From a virus, in IMG/VR virus record IMGVR_UViG_3300045738_001392, positions 3,655 through 67,654 of that record: 64,000 bases of DNA; one strand, 5' to 3'. The translations under genes were made by a program, and so were the position numbers. Positions 1 through 6,181 of the stretch are shown here, piece by piece. Position 1 is the stretch's first letter. Every line of letters begins with the position of its first letter. The notes below the pieces were generated by a model. That model worked only from the letters and a program-made list of their open reading frames with translations, ran no database searches and was not told where the DNA came from.

Positions 1-68
1 TTCTTGTTTACCCCTGTTTTCTCCGGTGTGAAATTCGTCGATTTTAAGAAACTGTGCCATATTGTCTC

Positions 69-97
69 TTGACAAAGTGACGTTCTTGTGGTATATT
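69..97 (+). promoter_or_regulatory. sigma70-type early promoter, family B (GTGCCA-N-ATTGTCTC upstream)
   Basis: TTGACA 69-74, 17-nt spacer, TG-g-TATATT 92-97. Confidence 0.85.
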
Positions 98-103
98 ATA
101 GTA

Positions 104-205
104 GTTCGTGAGGGTTCTAGACCGCTCACGGACGCCACCTCTGCGGACGGTGCGAGTAACAAGTCAATGCGACCCCTGTAGCTCAAGAGACGCTCCGTAA
201 GTGGC
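104..205 (+). ncRNA. candidate structured RNA or structured 5' leader (two abutting hairpins)
   Basis: Starts 7 nt after the -10 box. Stem 104-115/121-133 (12 bp, one bulge), then stem GCCAC 134-138/GTGGC 201-205 enclosing TGCGGA/TCCGTA and inner stems. No + strand ORF starts until 216. Confidence 0.45.
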
Positions 206-215
206 ATTACAATTT

Positions 216-488
216 ATGAAAACGATAATGATAAGCCCAACAAGCAAAGCAAGCCGACGCACAAAGAACCGCATTCGCGAAAAAGGGCCAGTGTTCCAAA
301 TCGAGCAAGGCGGACACTTTCCGCTGACCACTACCCACACAGAAAACCGACTTCCTGTACAATGGCTTTTGAGAGCTGCGCCCCCGCACAAATTTGGTGC
401 TGATATCTGGATGGGCTGGCTGCCTCGCAACGAATTCCACGTCGAATGCGTGGGCAAAAAATTTATTGAAAAAGTGCTTGACAAGTGA
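216..488 (+). CDS. hypothetical early protein
   Basis: ORF. ATG at 216 preferred over the GTG at 201, which lies inside the hairpin. Confidence 0.65.
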   Translation: MKTIMISPTSKASRRTKNRIREKGPVFQIEQGGHFPLTTTHTENRLPVQWLLRAAPPHKFGADIWMGWLPRNEFHVECVGKKFIEKVLDK

Positions 489-506
489 CCCGAACTGTGG
501 TATATT
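478..506 (+). promoter_or_regulatory. sigma70-type early promoter
   Basis: TTGACA 478-483, 17 nt, TG-g-TATATT 501-506, ATG at 516. Confidence 0.85.
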
Positions 507-515
507 ATTAGAACA

Positions 516-773
516 ATGAACGCATTAGATACATTCAAAGAGGAGACGGCCTTCCGTCTATTCGGTCGCAGCCGCACACTTGCCATCGCTGGCAACGGGT
601 GCGTAAAGTGCGGCGAGAGCGCGGTAGACTTCCGCGACGAAATCAGCCGCAAGGAGTTCGGCATTTCTGGTTTTTGCCAGTCGTGTCAGGACGACATCTT
701 TGGCACAGACTCGGGCTGCGCGCAGGACAAAGAGGAGGTTCTTGGCGTGGTGCATCCAATTATGGGGGAATAG
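516..773 (+). CDS. small zinc-finger protein
   Basis: CVKC...CQSC, directly behind a promoter. Confidence 0.75.
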   Translation: MNALDTFKEETAFRLFGRSRTLAIAGNGCVKCGESAVDFRDEISRKEFGISGFCQSCQDDIFGTDSGCAQDKEEVLGVVHPIMGE

Positions 774-792
774 GTCTGACACTTATACTTTT

Positions 793-942
793 ATGAAAAA
801 CGAAAACAACATCTGTGAAACCTACGGGGAGTCCATCGAGAGACTCAAAGAAGCGTCAAAAACTCGTAGACACTGCGAAACCTATGAAGAGTCCGCAAAG
901 AGACTAGAGAAAACGTCAAAGGTATATCTGAACCGACCATGA
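793..942 (+). CDS. small protein with internal 20-aa duplication
   Basis: CETYGESIERLKEASK / CETYEESAKRLEKTSK. ATG 793 in frame with the track ORF. Confidence 0.6.
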   Translation: MKNENNICETYGESIERLKEASKTRRHCETYEESAKRLEKTSKVYLNRP

Positions 943-1172
943 GCCCCATTCCCACCCCAGCATACGCCTACGACTTCGACACGTTCAAACGGCAAGTTAA
1001 CCACCGCGTAGAGGCGCGTTTAGGATTAGGTGTTTACGATTTGCCTGACACGATTATCTTCGCAGATTATTGGCACGATGATTGTAAGACTAATCAAGAC
1101 GACTTCTGGAACGCAGTTGACGGAGCAGTGGAGGACTTGCTTCTAGATAACGGATTTGAGTATGGATTATGA
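939..1172 (+). CDS. hypothetical acidic early protein
   Basis: ATGA overlap with neighbours on both sides. Confidence 0.7.
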   Translation: MSPIPTPAYAYDFDTFKRQVNHRVEARLGLGVYDLPDTIIFADYWHDDCKTNQDDFWNAVDGAVEDLLLDNGFEYGL

Positions 1173-1357
1173 AAAGCGTACCAGAATTTGCTATCTTTCA
1201 GAATAGTCGCACCAAGAAGTCTGGCGTATGGAATGGTAAAAGGTGGGCCGAGCCACCGATTCAAGATTTTGATTATGTGCGTTTACTTGCGACATTAATT
1301 CGCACCGACCCCAATCCTGCAAAGATTGCGAGAGAGATTCTAAATTATGAAAAGTAA
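1169..1357 (+). CDS. hypothetical early protein
   Basis: ATGA-coupled ORF. Confidence 0.65.
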   Translation: MKSVPEFAIFQNSRTKKSGVWNGKRWAEPPIQDFDYVRLLATLIRTDPNPAKIAREILNYEK

Positions 1358-1559
1358 AGAGAAGAACGATCTAACGATGATTCTGTTCGCCCAGAATGTA
1401 GCTGGAGCCAGAAACGTAAAACCAGTGAAGCGTCTTGAGGCGCTTCACAATGACATTGGCGCGTTGATTAACGGTGAGAAGCCAACAGCATCGTGGGAAT
1501 TAACTAAAACAAAAGCTGAAAAAGCATATGAAACACGTTACCCAAAGGAGCTAATATGA
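1347..1559 (+). CDS. hypothetical early protein
   Basis: Overlapping operon-like packing. Confidence 0.65.
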   Translation: MKSKEKNDLTMILFAQNVAGARNVKPVKRLEALHNDIGALINGEKPTASWELTKTKAEKAYETRYPKELI

Positions 1560-1702
1560 CCATTGCCGAATGTAAGGAACAACTACAACAAGATATAATT
1601 ACGTATATGGATGGCTACATGCCTGTCAACTTAGGAGAAGATTTATGCGCGATTGTAATCAAGAACTTCGACAAATTAGAAACAAAATCTGACGAAGCCT
1701 AA
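1556..1702 (+). CDS. 48-aa hypothetical protein (not in ORF track)
   Basis: MTIAECKEQLQQDIITY...KSDEA*, ATGA overlap with the upstream stop. Confidence 0.6.
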   Translation: MTIAECKEQLQQDIITYMDGYMPVNLGEDLCAIVIKNFDKLETKSDEA

Positions 1703-1772
1703 TAAGGGGGGTTAGCCTGAGACGATACGCAAGTATCCGAACACGTTTATTCAGATGATGGGCTAGGGTAGT

Positions 1773-1866
1773 TGGCACGCGCCGTGCGGGCCCCGCGCCC
1801 CAAAACCCCATTGTGAATAACTTTCTCACATTCGCCCTTGACAAACGCCCTGATATGGGTTATATT
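1773..1866 (+). promoter_or_regulatory. family A cassette head: sigma54-like site, GC palindrome, DnaA-box 9-mer, sigma70 promoter
   Basis: TGGCACG-N4-GTGC 1773-1787; TGTGAATAA 1812-1820; TTGACA 1838-1843; TATATT 1861-1866; ATG 1873. Confidence 0.8.
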
Positions 1867-1872
1867 ATAACA

Positions 1873-2082
1873 ATGAACAACGAACTGATGGACATGATTA
1901 GAGTATCCTGTGATGAGTGTGTGTGTGACGCTGCTGAGGCACAGATAGAGCATGAGCGTGGTGAGCATGAGCGTGCGCGTGCTGAGATATGGGCTGCCCT
2001 AGAGGCGCAGCATGGGCCGCTGTGCTTTCGCAATGGCTGCTTCGAGTATGCTGAGTATGAGGGCATGGCATGGAAGGATTAA
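1873..2082 (+). CDS. hypothetical early protein, probably leaderless
   Basis: ATG 6 nt after the -10 hexamer. Confidence 0.65.
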   Translation: MNNELMDMIRVSCDECVCDAAEAQIEHERGEHERARAEIWAALEAQHGPLCFRNGCFEYAEYEGMAWKD

Positions 2083-2084
2083 GT

Positions 2085-2128
2085 GTGCCACATTGTCTCT
2101 TGACAAGGGGCCGAAACTGTGGTATCTT
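2085..2128 (+). promoter_or_regulatory. sigma70-type early promoter, family B
   Basis: GTGCCAcATTGTCTC-TTGACA 2100-2105, 17 nt, TG-g-TATCTT 2123-2128. Confidence 0.8.
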
Positions 2129-2139
2129 ATAGTAAGAAT

Positions 2140-2436
2140 ATGAAAGACAAACGACCTACCTACACCCTCTGGAACGGCAGCCTCATGGTGGCCACCTACC
2201 CACACACCCGTGACGGCATGGATGCTGCTATGGAGCAGGCTCACGGCCTGACCATTGGTGGCTATGGCAAGCTCACCATCTACTCCAACCGTGATGACCT
2301 CGTGTGGTCGTCCACTTGGGATGATGGCCCCGAGTGTGGCATGACTGATGTGGAGGCTGATGCTGACACCCTTGCCTCTGCTGGCTATGGCACGGATGAG
2401 GATTATGGTTACTTCGGAGAGGACTCTTACTCATGA
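2140..2436 (+). CDS. hypothetical early protein with acidic C-terminus
   Basis: ATG 2140 downstream of a promoter. Confidence 0.7.
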   Translation: MKDKRPTYTLWNGSLMVATYPHTRDGMDAAMEQAHGLTIGGYGKLTIYSNRDDLVWSSTWDDGPECGMTDVEADADTLASAGYGTDEDYGYFGEDSYS

Positions 2437-2609
2437 GCGACAACTACTATGATGATGACATGTACTATGGTGACGAGTACGTCGGCCCTGACAAGTACGG
2501 CACAGAGGTTAAGAGATGTCGCATGTGTGAGTGCAAGGTTGAGATGAGCACTGATCACGGTGTATGCGACTCATGCGCATCTGCTATGGAGCGAGGTGTG
2601 GAGTATTAA
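2433..2609 (+). CDS. 58-aa zinc-finger protein (not in ORF track)
   Basis: MSDNYYDDDMYY...CRMC...CDSC...VEY*, ATGA overlap. Confidence 0.7.
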   Translation: MSDNYYDDDMYYGDEYVGPDKYGTEVKRCRMCECKVEMSTDHGVCDSCASAMERGVEY

Positions 2610-2613
2610 AATT

Positions 2614-2712
2614 ATGAAAGACGACTTTAGAGATATTTATTTTGTTCTTATCATCGGTATCGTATCATTCGTGGTGATACTGGCAACGGGAATTTATATT
2701 GAAACATTATGA
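2614..2712 (+). CDS. 32-aa single-TM microprotein
   Basis: MKDDFRDIYFVLIIGIVSFVVILATGIYIETL*. Confidence 0.55.
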   Translation: MKDDFRDIYFVLIIGIVSFVVILATGIYIETL

Positions 2713-2795
2713 AAAGATACCATTATCATATTATCACAGGCGTAGCCGTCGCGTGGATTGTGCTGCAGTACCTCGACCGCTTGCGCGTGTGGTAA
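2709..2795 (+). CDS. 28-aa hydrophobic microprotein
   Basis: MKRYHYHIITGVAVAWIVLQYLDRLRVW*, ATGA overlap. Confidence 0.5.
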   Translation: MKRYHYHIITGVAVAWIVLQYLDRLRVW

Positions 2796-2952
2796 GAGCT
2801 TGACAAGTTTTAGGCTGCGGGGCCCGCCCCGCTGAGACCGATTCTCATTAGAGGTAGGACAATGGCCGTCCCATGACTTAAACTACTTTTCGCACCCTCG
2901 TTTCACCCCACAAAAACAGGGTTATTTGGAGCGATTTATTTTCGCCTAGCCC

Positions 2953-2981
2953 TTGCTTTTCCGACAAAAGTGGAGTATATT
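2953..2981 (+). promoter_or_regulatory. sigma70-type early promoter
   Basis: TTGCTT 2953-2958, 17 nt, TATATT 2976-2981, ATG 2987. Confidence 0.7.
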
Positions 2982-2986
2982 GTAGT

Positions 2987-3262
2987 ATGATAGAGATGAG
3001 ATTGAACAAGAAAGAACAAGAATTTGTAGCCAAAGCCATCACCAAGTTTGACGTGGTAACAGGCATCACAGTGGATGAGATTGAAGTGCGTGTGCATGGT
3101 GAGCATTTCGGCGGTGTTGGTAGCTCTGCGATGTACCGCACCAACGACATCAAAGCCATCTACTCACACGCTCACGCCAAGTGCGTGGAAGCCGACAAGA
3201 GAGTGCGAGAGTTCAACCCCTCTTGGAGAGGCAAAGCACCATTAAAGAAAGTTAATGGGTAG
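2987..3262 (+). CDS. hypothetical early protein
   Basis: ORF behind a promoter. Ends in KKVNG*, encoded by the family C repeat. Confidence 0.7.
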   Translation: MIEMRLNKKEQEFVAKAITKFDVVTGITVDEIEVRVHGEHFGGVGSSAMYRTNDIKAIYSHAHAKCVEADKRVREFNPSWRGKAPLKKVNG

Positions 3263-3301
3263 GACTACGGATGTCTCACCCTGTATGCTATACTAGACGC
3301 A
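3245..3301 (+). repeat. 57-bp family C repeat with extended -10 promoter, copy 1
   Basis: 50/57 identical to 4017-4073. TG-c-TATACT 3289-3294, ATG 3301. Confidence 0.85.
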
Positions 3302-3588
3302 TGAAGAATATGAAAAACAAAATCGAAATCACAGAAGCGCAGCTTCTACTAAACAATGAAATCATGGTGACAGATAGCCGTAGCCAATTCCTTGGCCAAA
3401 CAGGCATCGTTAACAGCATCATGGCTGATGGCCGCACTCTCGAAGTTGACTTTGGCAAATCCAAGGTTGCTTTCGTCGATGTGACAATGGTGACAGATAC
3501 AGCCCTGCGGGAGTCTTACAACTGGCCCAAGCAAGAGCAATCTCTTGGCCCTGACGCCAACAGCGTGTTACCGCACAACAGGCTTTAA
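3301..3588 (+). CDS. hypothetical early protein, possibly SH3/KOW-like
   Basis: ATG 6 nt after TATACT; GQTGIV...LEVDF beta-rich pattern. Confidence 0.6.
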   Translation: MKNMKNKIEITEAQLLLNNEIMVTDSRSQFLGQTGIVNSIMADGRTLEVDFGKSKVAFVDVTMVTDTALRESYNWPKQEQSLGPDANSVLPHNRL

Positions 3589-3592
3589 GATT

Positions 3593-3670
3593 ATGGAAAT
3601 AGTATTAACTATAAGTGTTATCGTATTCATGTTCGGCTCGTTCTACTTGAGCGTGACTAGGCATCTCTAA
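3593..3670 (+). CDS. 25-aa single-TM microprotein
   Basis: MEIVLTISVIVFMFGSFYLSVTRHL*. Confidence 0.5.
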   Translation: MEIVLTISVIVFMFGSFYLSVTRHL

Positions 3671-3673
3671 ACT

Positions 3674-3742
3674 ATGGAATTGTTCCCTTTACTTATCGTT
3701 ATGATATGCATGTTTTGCGTGTGTATCGGCATGGACTGGTAG
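3674..3742 (+). CDS. 22-aa hydrophobic microprotein
   Basis: MELFPLLIVMICMFCVCIGMDW*. Confidence 0.45.
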   Translation: MELFPLLIVMICMFCVCIGMDW

Positions 3743-3763
3743 CCGCTAGCTGCCCGCTCTGAT

Positions 3764-3899
3764 AAACCTACGCTTTAAACGCAGCGTGATGACTAGGAGT
3801 TGGCACGCTAGGTGCGGGCCCGCTGTGAATAAACCCCTGTTTTTTGTGAATAACTTTTTGAGAATATCGCTTGACTTTGGGGCGGTTCTGTGGTATATT
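3764..3899 (+). promoter_or_regulatory. family A cassette head with two DnaA-box 9-mers
   Basis: TGGCACG-N4-GTGC 3801-3815; palindrome GCGGGCCCGC 3814-3823; TGTGAATAA 3824-3832 and 3845-3853; TTGACT 3871-3876; TATATT 3894-3899. Confidence 0.85.
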
Positions 3900-3905
3900 A
3901 TAACA

Positions 3906-4034
3906 ATGACAACGATGACTGAAGAACAAAGAAAAGAAGAACAGCGCAAGGTAGAGAACCGCGTGAAGCGTTGGAATGAGTCCGTGAAGAAGGTTCAAGA
4001 CCTCCAAAAGAATTGGAAGAAAGTTAACGGGTAG
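3906..4034 (+). CDS. 42-aa charged helical peptide, probably leaderless
   Basis: ATG 6 nt after -10; ends KKVNG*. Confidence 0.6.
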   Translation: MTTMTEEQRKEEQRKVENRVKRWNESVKKVQDLQKNWKKVNG

Positions 4035-4073
4035 CCCTACGAATGTCCCACCTCGTATGCTATACTAGACGCA
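4017..4073 (+). repeat. 57-bp family C repeat with extended -10 promoter, copy 2
   Basis: 50/57 identical to 3245-3301; TATACT 4061-4066. Confidence 0.85.
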
Positions 4074-4090
4074 GTTAGAAGATAGAGAAT

Positions 4091-4258
4091 ATGAAAAACA
4101 AAAATGAAAACACAAACGAGCTAACCTTCAGAGGTTGGCACAGTGACGAAAACGAAACCTTCACGGGTGTTCGCAATGACAGTTTCGGCAATGATTGCCG
4201 TGACCACGACCAAGATGCTTGGAATTACGAGATTGACGAAAGCGATTGCTGGAAGTAA
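4091..4258 (+). CDS. 55-aa acidic protein (not in ORF track)
   Basis: MKNKNENTNELTFRGW...ESDCWK*. Confidence 0.6.
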   Translation: MKNKNENTNELTFRGWHSDENETFTGVRNDSFGNDCRDHDQDAWNYEIDESDCWK

Positions 4259-4263
4259 AGATT

Positions 4264-4434
4264 ATGAAAACGGAAAGCATATTCACAGTAACATTTACCA
4301 ACCATAGCAGCGTATTCATCAAGGCGATGGATGAAGGCCACGCCCGCCGCATCGTTGAGAAGAACGGCAGCACGTGGACACGTGGCGAGCATAGCGTTGA
4401 AATGGTGATTGAAAAAATTGAAAGAAGTTGCTAG
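4264..4434 (+). CDS. hypothetical early protein
   Basis: ATG 5 nt after the upstream stop. Confidence 0.6.
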   Translation: MKTESIFTVTFTNHSSVFIKAMDEGHARRIVEKNGSTWTRGEHSVEMVIEKIERSC

Positions 4435-4437
4435 GTA

Positions 4438-4481
4438 GTGCCAAATTGTCTCTTGACAAACCCCCGTTTGTGTGGTATATT
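4438..4481 (+). promoter_or_regulatory. sigma70-type early promoter, family B
   Basis: GTGCCAaATTGTCTC-TTGACA 4453-4458, 17 nt, TG-g-TATATT 4476-4481, ATG 4487. Confidence 0.85.
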
Positions 4482-4486
4482 GTAGT

Positions 4487-4777
4487 ATGATTATGAGAGA
4501 GAAAGCAACAAACCTAAAGCTCGGAGCCATCTACATTAACGCTGTCACCCATCAGCCAGAACGTCTAGTTCACATCGTACCCTGTGAAGGTGCGTGGCTC
4601 GAAACCTATGACGGCATCGGCTACGGTGACACCGTAAACTTTGAAGATGTGCATTATGCAGATTCTGATGAAGTCCAAGACTTCTTGGATGACCATAGCG
4701 CATACCATACCGTGGATGGCTACAAGCCAGAGCGTGACACGTTTATGGATGGCGACCCGACTCTTGTGAAGGTATAG
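4487..4777 (+). CDS. hypothetical acidic early protein
   Basis: ORF directly behind a promoter. Confidence 0.7.
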   Translation: MIMREKATNLKLGAIYINAVTHQPERLVHIVPCEGAWLETYDGIGYGDTVNFEDVHYADSDEVQDFLDDHSAYHTVDGYKPERDTFMDGDPTLVKV

Positions 4778-4807
4778 TCACACAGCCTTCACAGTGTCAG
4801 CCCTTAA

Positions 4808-4947
4808 AACCTACGCTTGAGATTTATCGAAACAGCGTGATGAGTGGGGTTGGCACGCTGGGTGCGGGCCCTTGTGAATAAACTCCTCATTTTGTGAATA
4901 ACTTTCTCACATTGCCCCTTGACAAGTGGCCCGTTGTGTGGTATATT
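4808..4947 (+). promoter_or_regulatory. family A cassette head with two DnaA-box 9-mers
   Basis: Homologous to 3764-3899. TGGCACG-N4-GTGC 4851-4865; TGTGAATAA 4873-4881 and 4893-4901; TTGACA 4919-4924; TATATT 4942-4947. Confidence 0.85.
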
Positions 4948-4953
4948 ATAACA

Positions 4954-5145
4954 ATGAAAGACAACAAGAGCAACCTGCCAGTAATCGGACGCATTCAAGC
5001 CCTCAACAACGAAGCCAACAAGCTCTTCCGTGATGAAGTGATGATGCCAATGGTTAAGCTCGCGGTGACGCTTATGTTTATCGTCATCGTGCTAGACTAC
5101 GGCTTCCAGATGATTGAAGCGATTGACATACTGACGCAGAGGTAA
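4954..5145 (+). CDS. small membrane protein, probably leaderless
   Basis: ATG 6 nt after -10; hydrophobic LAVTLMFIVIVLDYGF. Confidence 0.65.
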   Translation: MKDNKSNLPVIGRIQALNNEANKLFRDEVMMPMVKLAVTLMFIVIVLDYGFQMIEAIDILTQR

Positions 5146-5166
5146 CAACAATCGCACCGCCAGCCC

Positions 5167-5195
5167 TTGACAAACGCCCGTTTGTGTGGTATATT
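5167..5195 (+). promoter_or_regulatory. sigma70-type early promoter
   Basis: TTGACA 5167-5172, 17 nt, TG-g-TATATT 5190-5195, ATG 5202. Confidence 0.85.
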
Positions 5196-5201
5196 ATAAC
5201 A

Positions 5202-5477
5202 ATGAAAACGAGAAACATCATCATCGAAGACGGCAAGACTTTCACCGTTCACCAGCACATCATCTTAAAGAACTTTTGGGAGTATTACCTCGGAGAGACA
5301 GACCAAGACGGCGTAGCTTTTGGCTATGTGATGGGTTTTGAGAATGAGTGGGGCAGCGTCTATCTGCCAGAGATTAAGCCGCACATTATGAGCTGCGTGA
5401 TGGGCAAAGTGCTTGATGAGATTATGCCGCCCGCTGGTTACCGCTGGGAAGATGAGCGGCTAGCCCCTACCCATTAA
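5202..5477 (+). CDS. DUF2958-like small protein
   Basis: FGYVMGFENEWGSVYLPEI resembles the DUF2958 FGL...ELGY.SL.EL motif (recalled, not searched). Confidence 0.55.
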   Translation: MKTRNIIIEDGKTFTVHQHIILKNFWEYYLGETDQDGVAFGYVMGFENEWGSVYLPEIKPHIMSCVMGKVLDEIMPPAGYRWEDERLAPTH

Positions 5478-5520
5478 CCGAAGCGCGAAAGCAAAAACAA
5501 AGCTTGCCTAATACACGCGC

Positions 5521-5623
5521 GGGGCGGGCCCCGCCCCCATTAATTGCAAGCAAAATTTTGCTTAGAATTGTGAATAACTTTTTCAGATTTCCCCTTGACA
5601 TTACCCCGATTGTGTGGTATATT
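5521..5623 (+). promoter_or_regulatory. family A cassette head
   Basis: Palindrome GGGGCGGGcCCCGCCCC 5521-5537; TGTGAATAA 5569-5577; TTGACA 5595-5600; TATATT 5618-5623. Confidence 0.8.
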
Positions 5624-5629
5624 ATAACA

Positions 5630-5860
5630 ATGAAAGCGACAAAGAAAGACTTCGAGTTCACCGCAGCCCTTATCAACGCAGCCCGCAATGGCACGCCCGC
5701 CTCTGTGCTGGCTACCCTAGCCGCAGCCCAGTTCACCAAGGACAACCCACGTTTTGACGCTGACCGTTTCAAGCGTGCCTGTGGCCTAACGTGGGGGGAA
5801 ATTGAAAGCCCGATGGTGGCCTGCCTGTCGGAGACTGGGACAGCAGCGTGGAGCGAGTAA
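5630..5860 (+). CDS. hypothetical early protein, probably leaderless
   Basis: ATG 6 nt after -10; TKKDFE...DNPRFDADRFKRAC. Confidence 0.7.
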   Translation: MKATKKDFEFTAALINAARNGTPASVLATLAAAQFTKDNPRFDADRFKRACGLTWGEIESPMVACLSETGTAAWSE

Positions 5861-5867
5861 AAATCGC

Positions 5868-5896
5868 TTGACAAACCGACGAAAGTATAGTATATT
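5868..5896 (+). promoter_or_regulatory. sigma70-type early promoter
   Basis: TTGACA 5868-5873, 17 nt, TATATT 5891-5896, ATG 5903. Confidence 0.85.
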
Positions 5897-5902
5897 ATGA
5901 CA

Positions 5903-6181
5903 ATGAAAACGCTAGACCCCAGAAACGACAACGATTGGATTACACACGCAGAGCATGAGCAGCGGCGTGAGAGACTTACCAAATGGACAAACCCAACTCT
6001 TTGGAATTTGATAACGCAACATGGTGCGCCCAAGCCACCGCCTAATGCCGTATGGTGGAACGATTGGGCAGCGAACAACCCAACTCCCGCAGCTATCGCG
6101 CTGGGCAAGCTGGATATTGTGACGCCCTTGAAGGACACGATGAAAGCAATCGCCACAGGTGCTCGTCCGATAGAATTCTAA
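5903..6181 (+). CDS. hypothetical Trp/Pro-rich early protein
   Basis: ATG 6 nt after -10. Confidence 0.65.
   Translation: MKTLDPRNDNDWITHAEHEQRRERLTKWTNPTLWNLITQHGAPKPPPNAVWWNDWAANNPTPAAIALGKLDIVTPLKDTMKAIATGARPIEF

Noticed and set aside
171-205. tRNA-like 5' end (ACCCCTGTAGCTCAA)
   Set aside because: No complete D-loop, anticodon arm, TTC T-loop or acceptor 3' strand; better explained as part of the 134-205 stem
1711-1766. Hammerhead-like CTGA..GATAC-GCAA-GTATC..CGAA element
   Set aside because: Core deviates from CUGAnGA/GAAA and no stem III or cleavage triplet can be formed; only a small GNRA hairpin is supported
2800-2830. TTGACA at about 2800 as another promoter
   Set aside because: No -10 element at 16-18 nt; followed by the GC palindrome
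1813-5629. ORF-track N-termini such as MNNFLT..LDK..WYIITM shared by several early ORFs
   Set aside because: They are translations of the repeated promoter DNA; real starts are the ATGs after the -10 box
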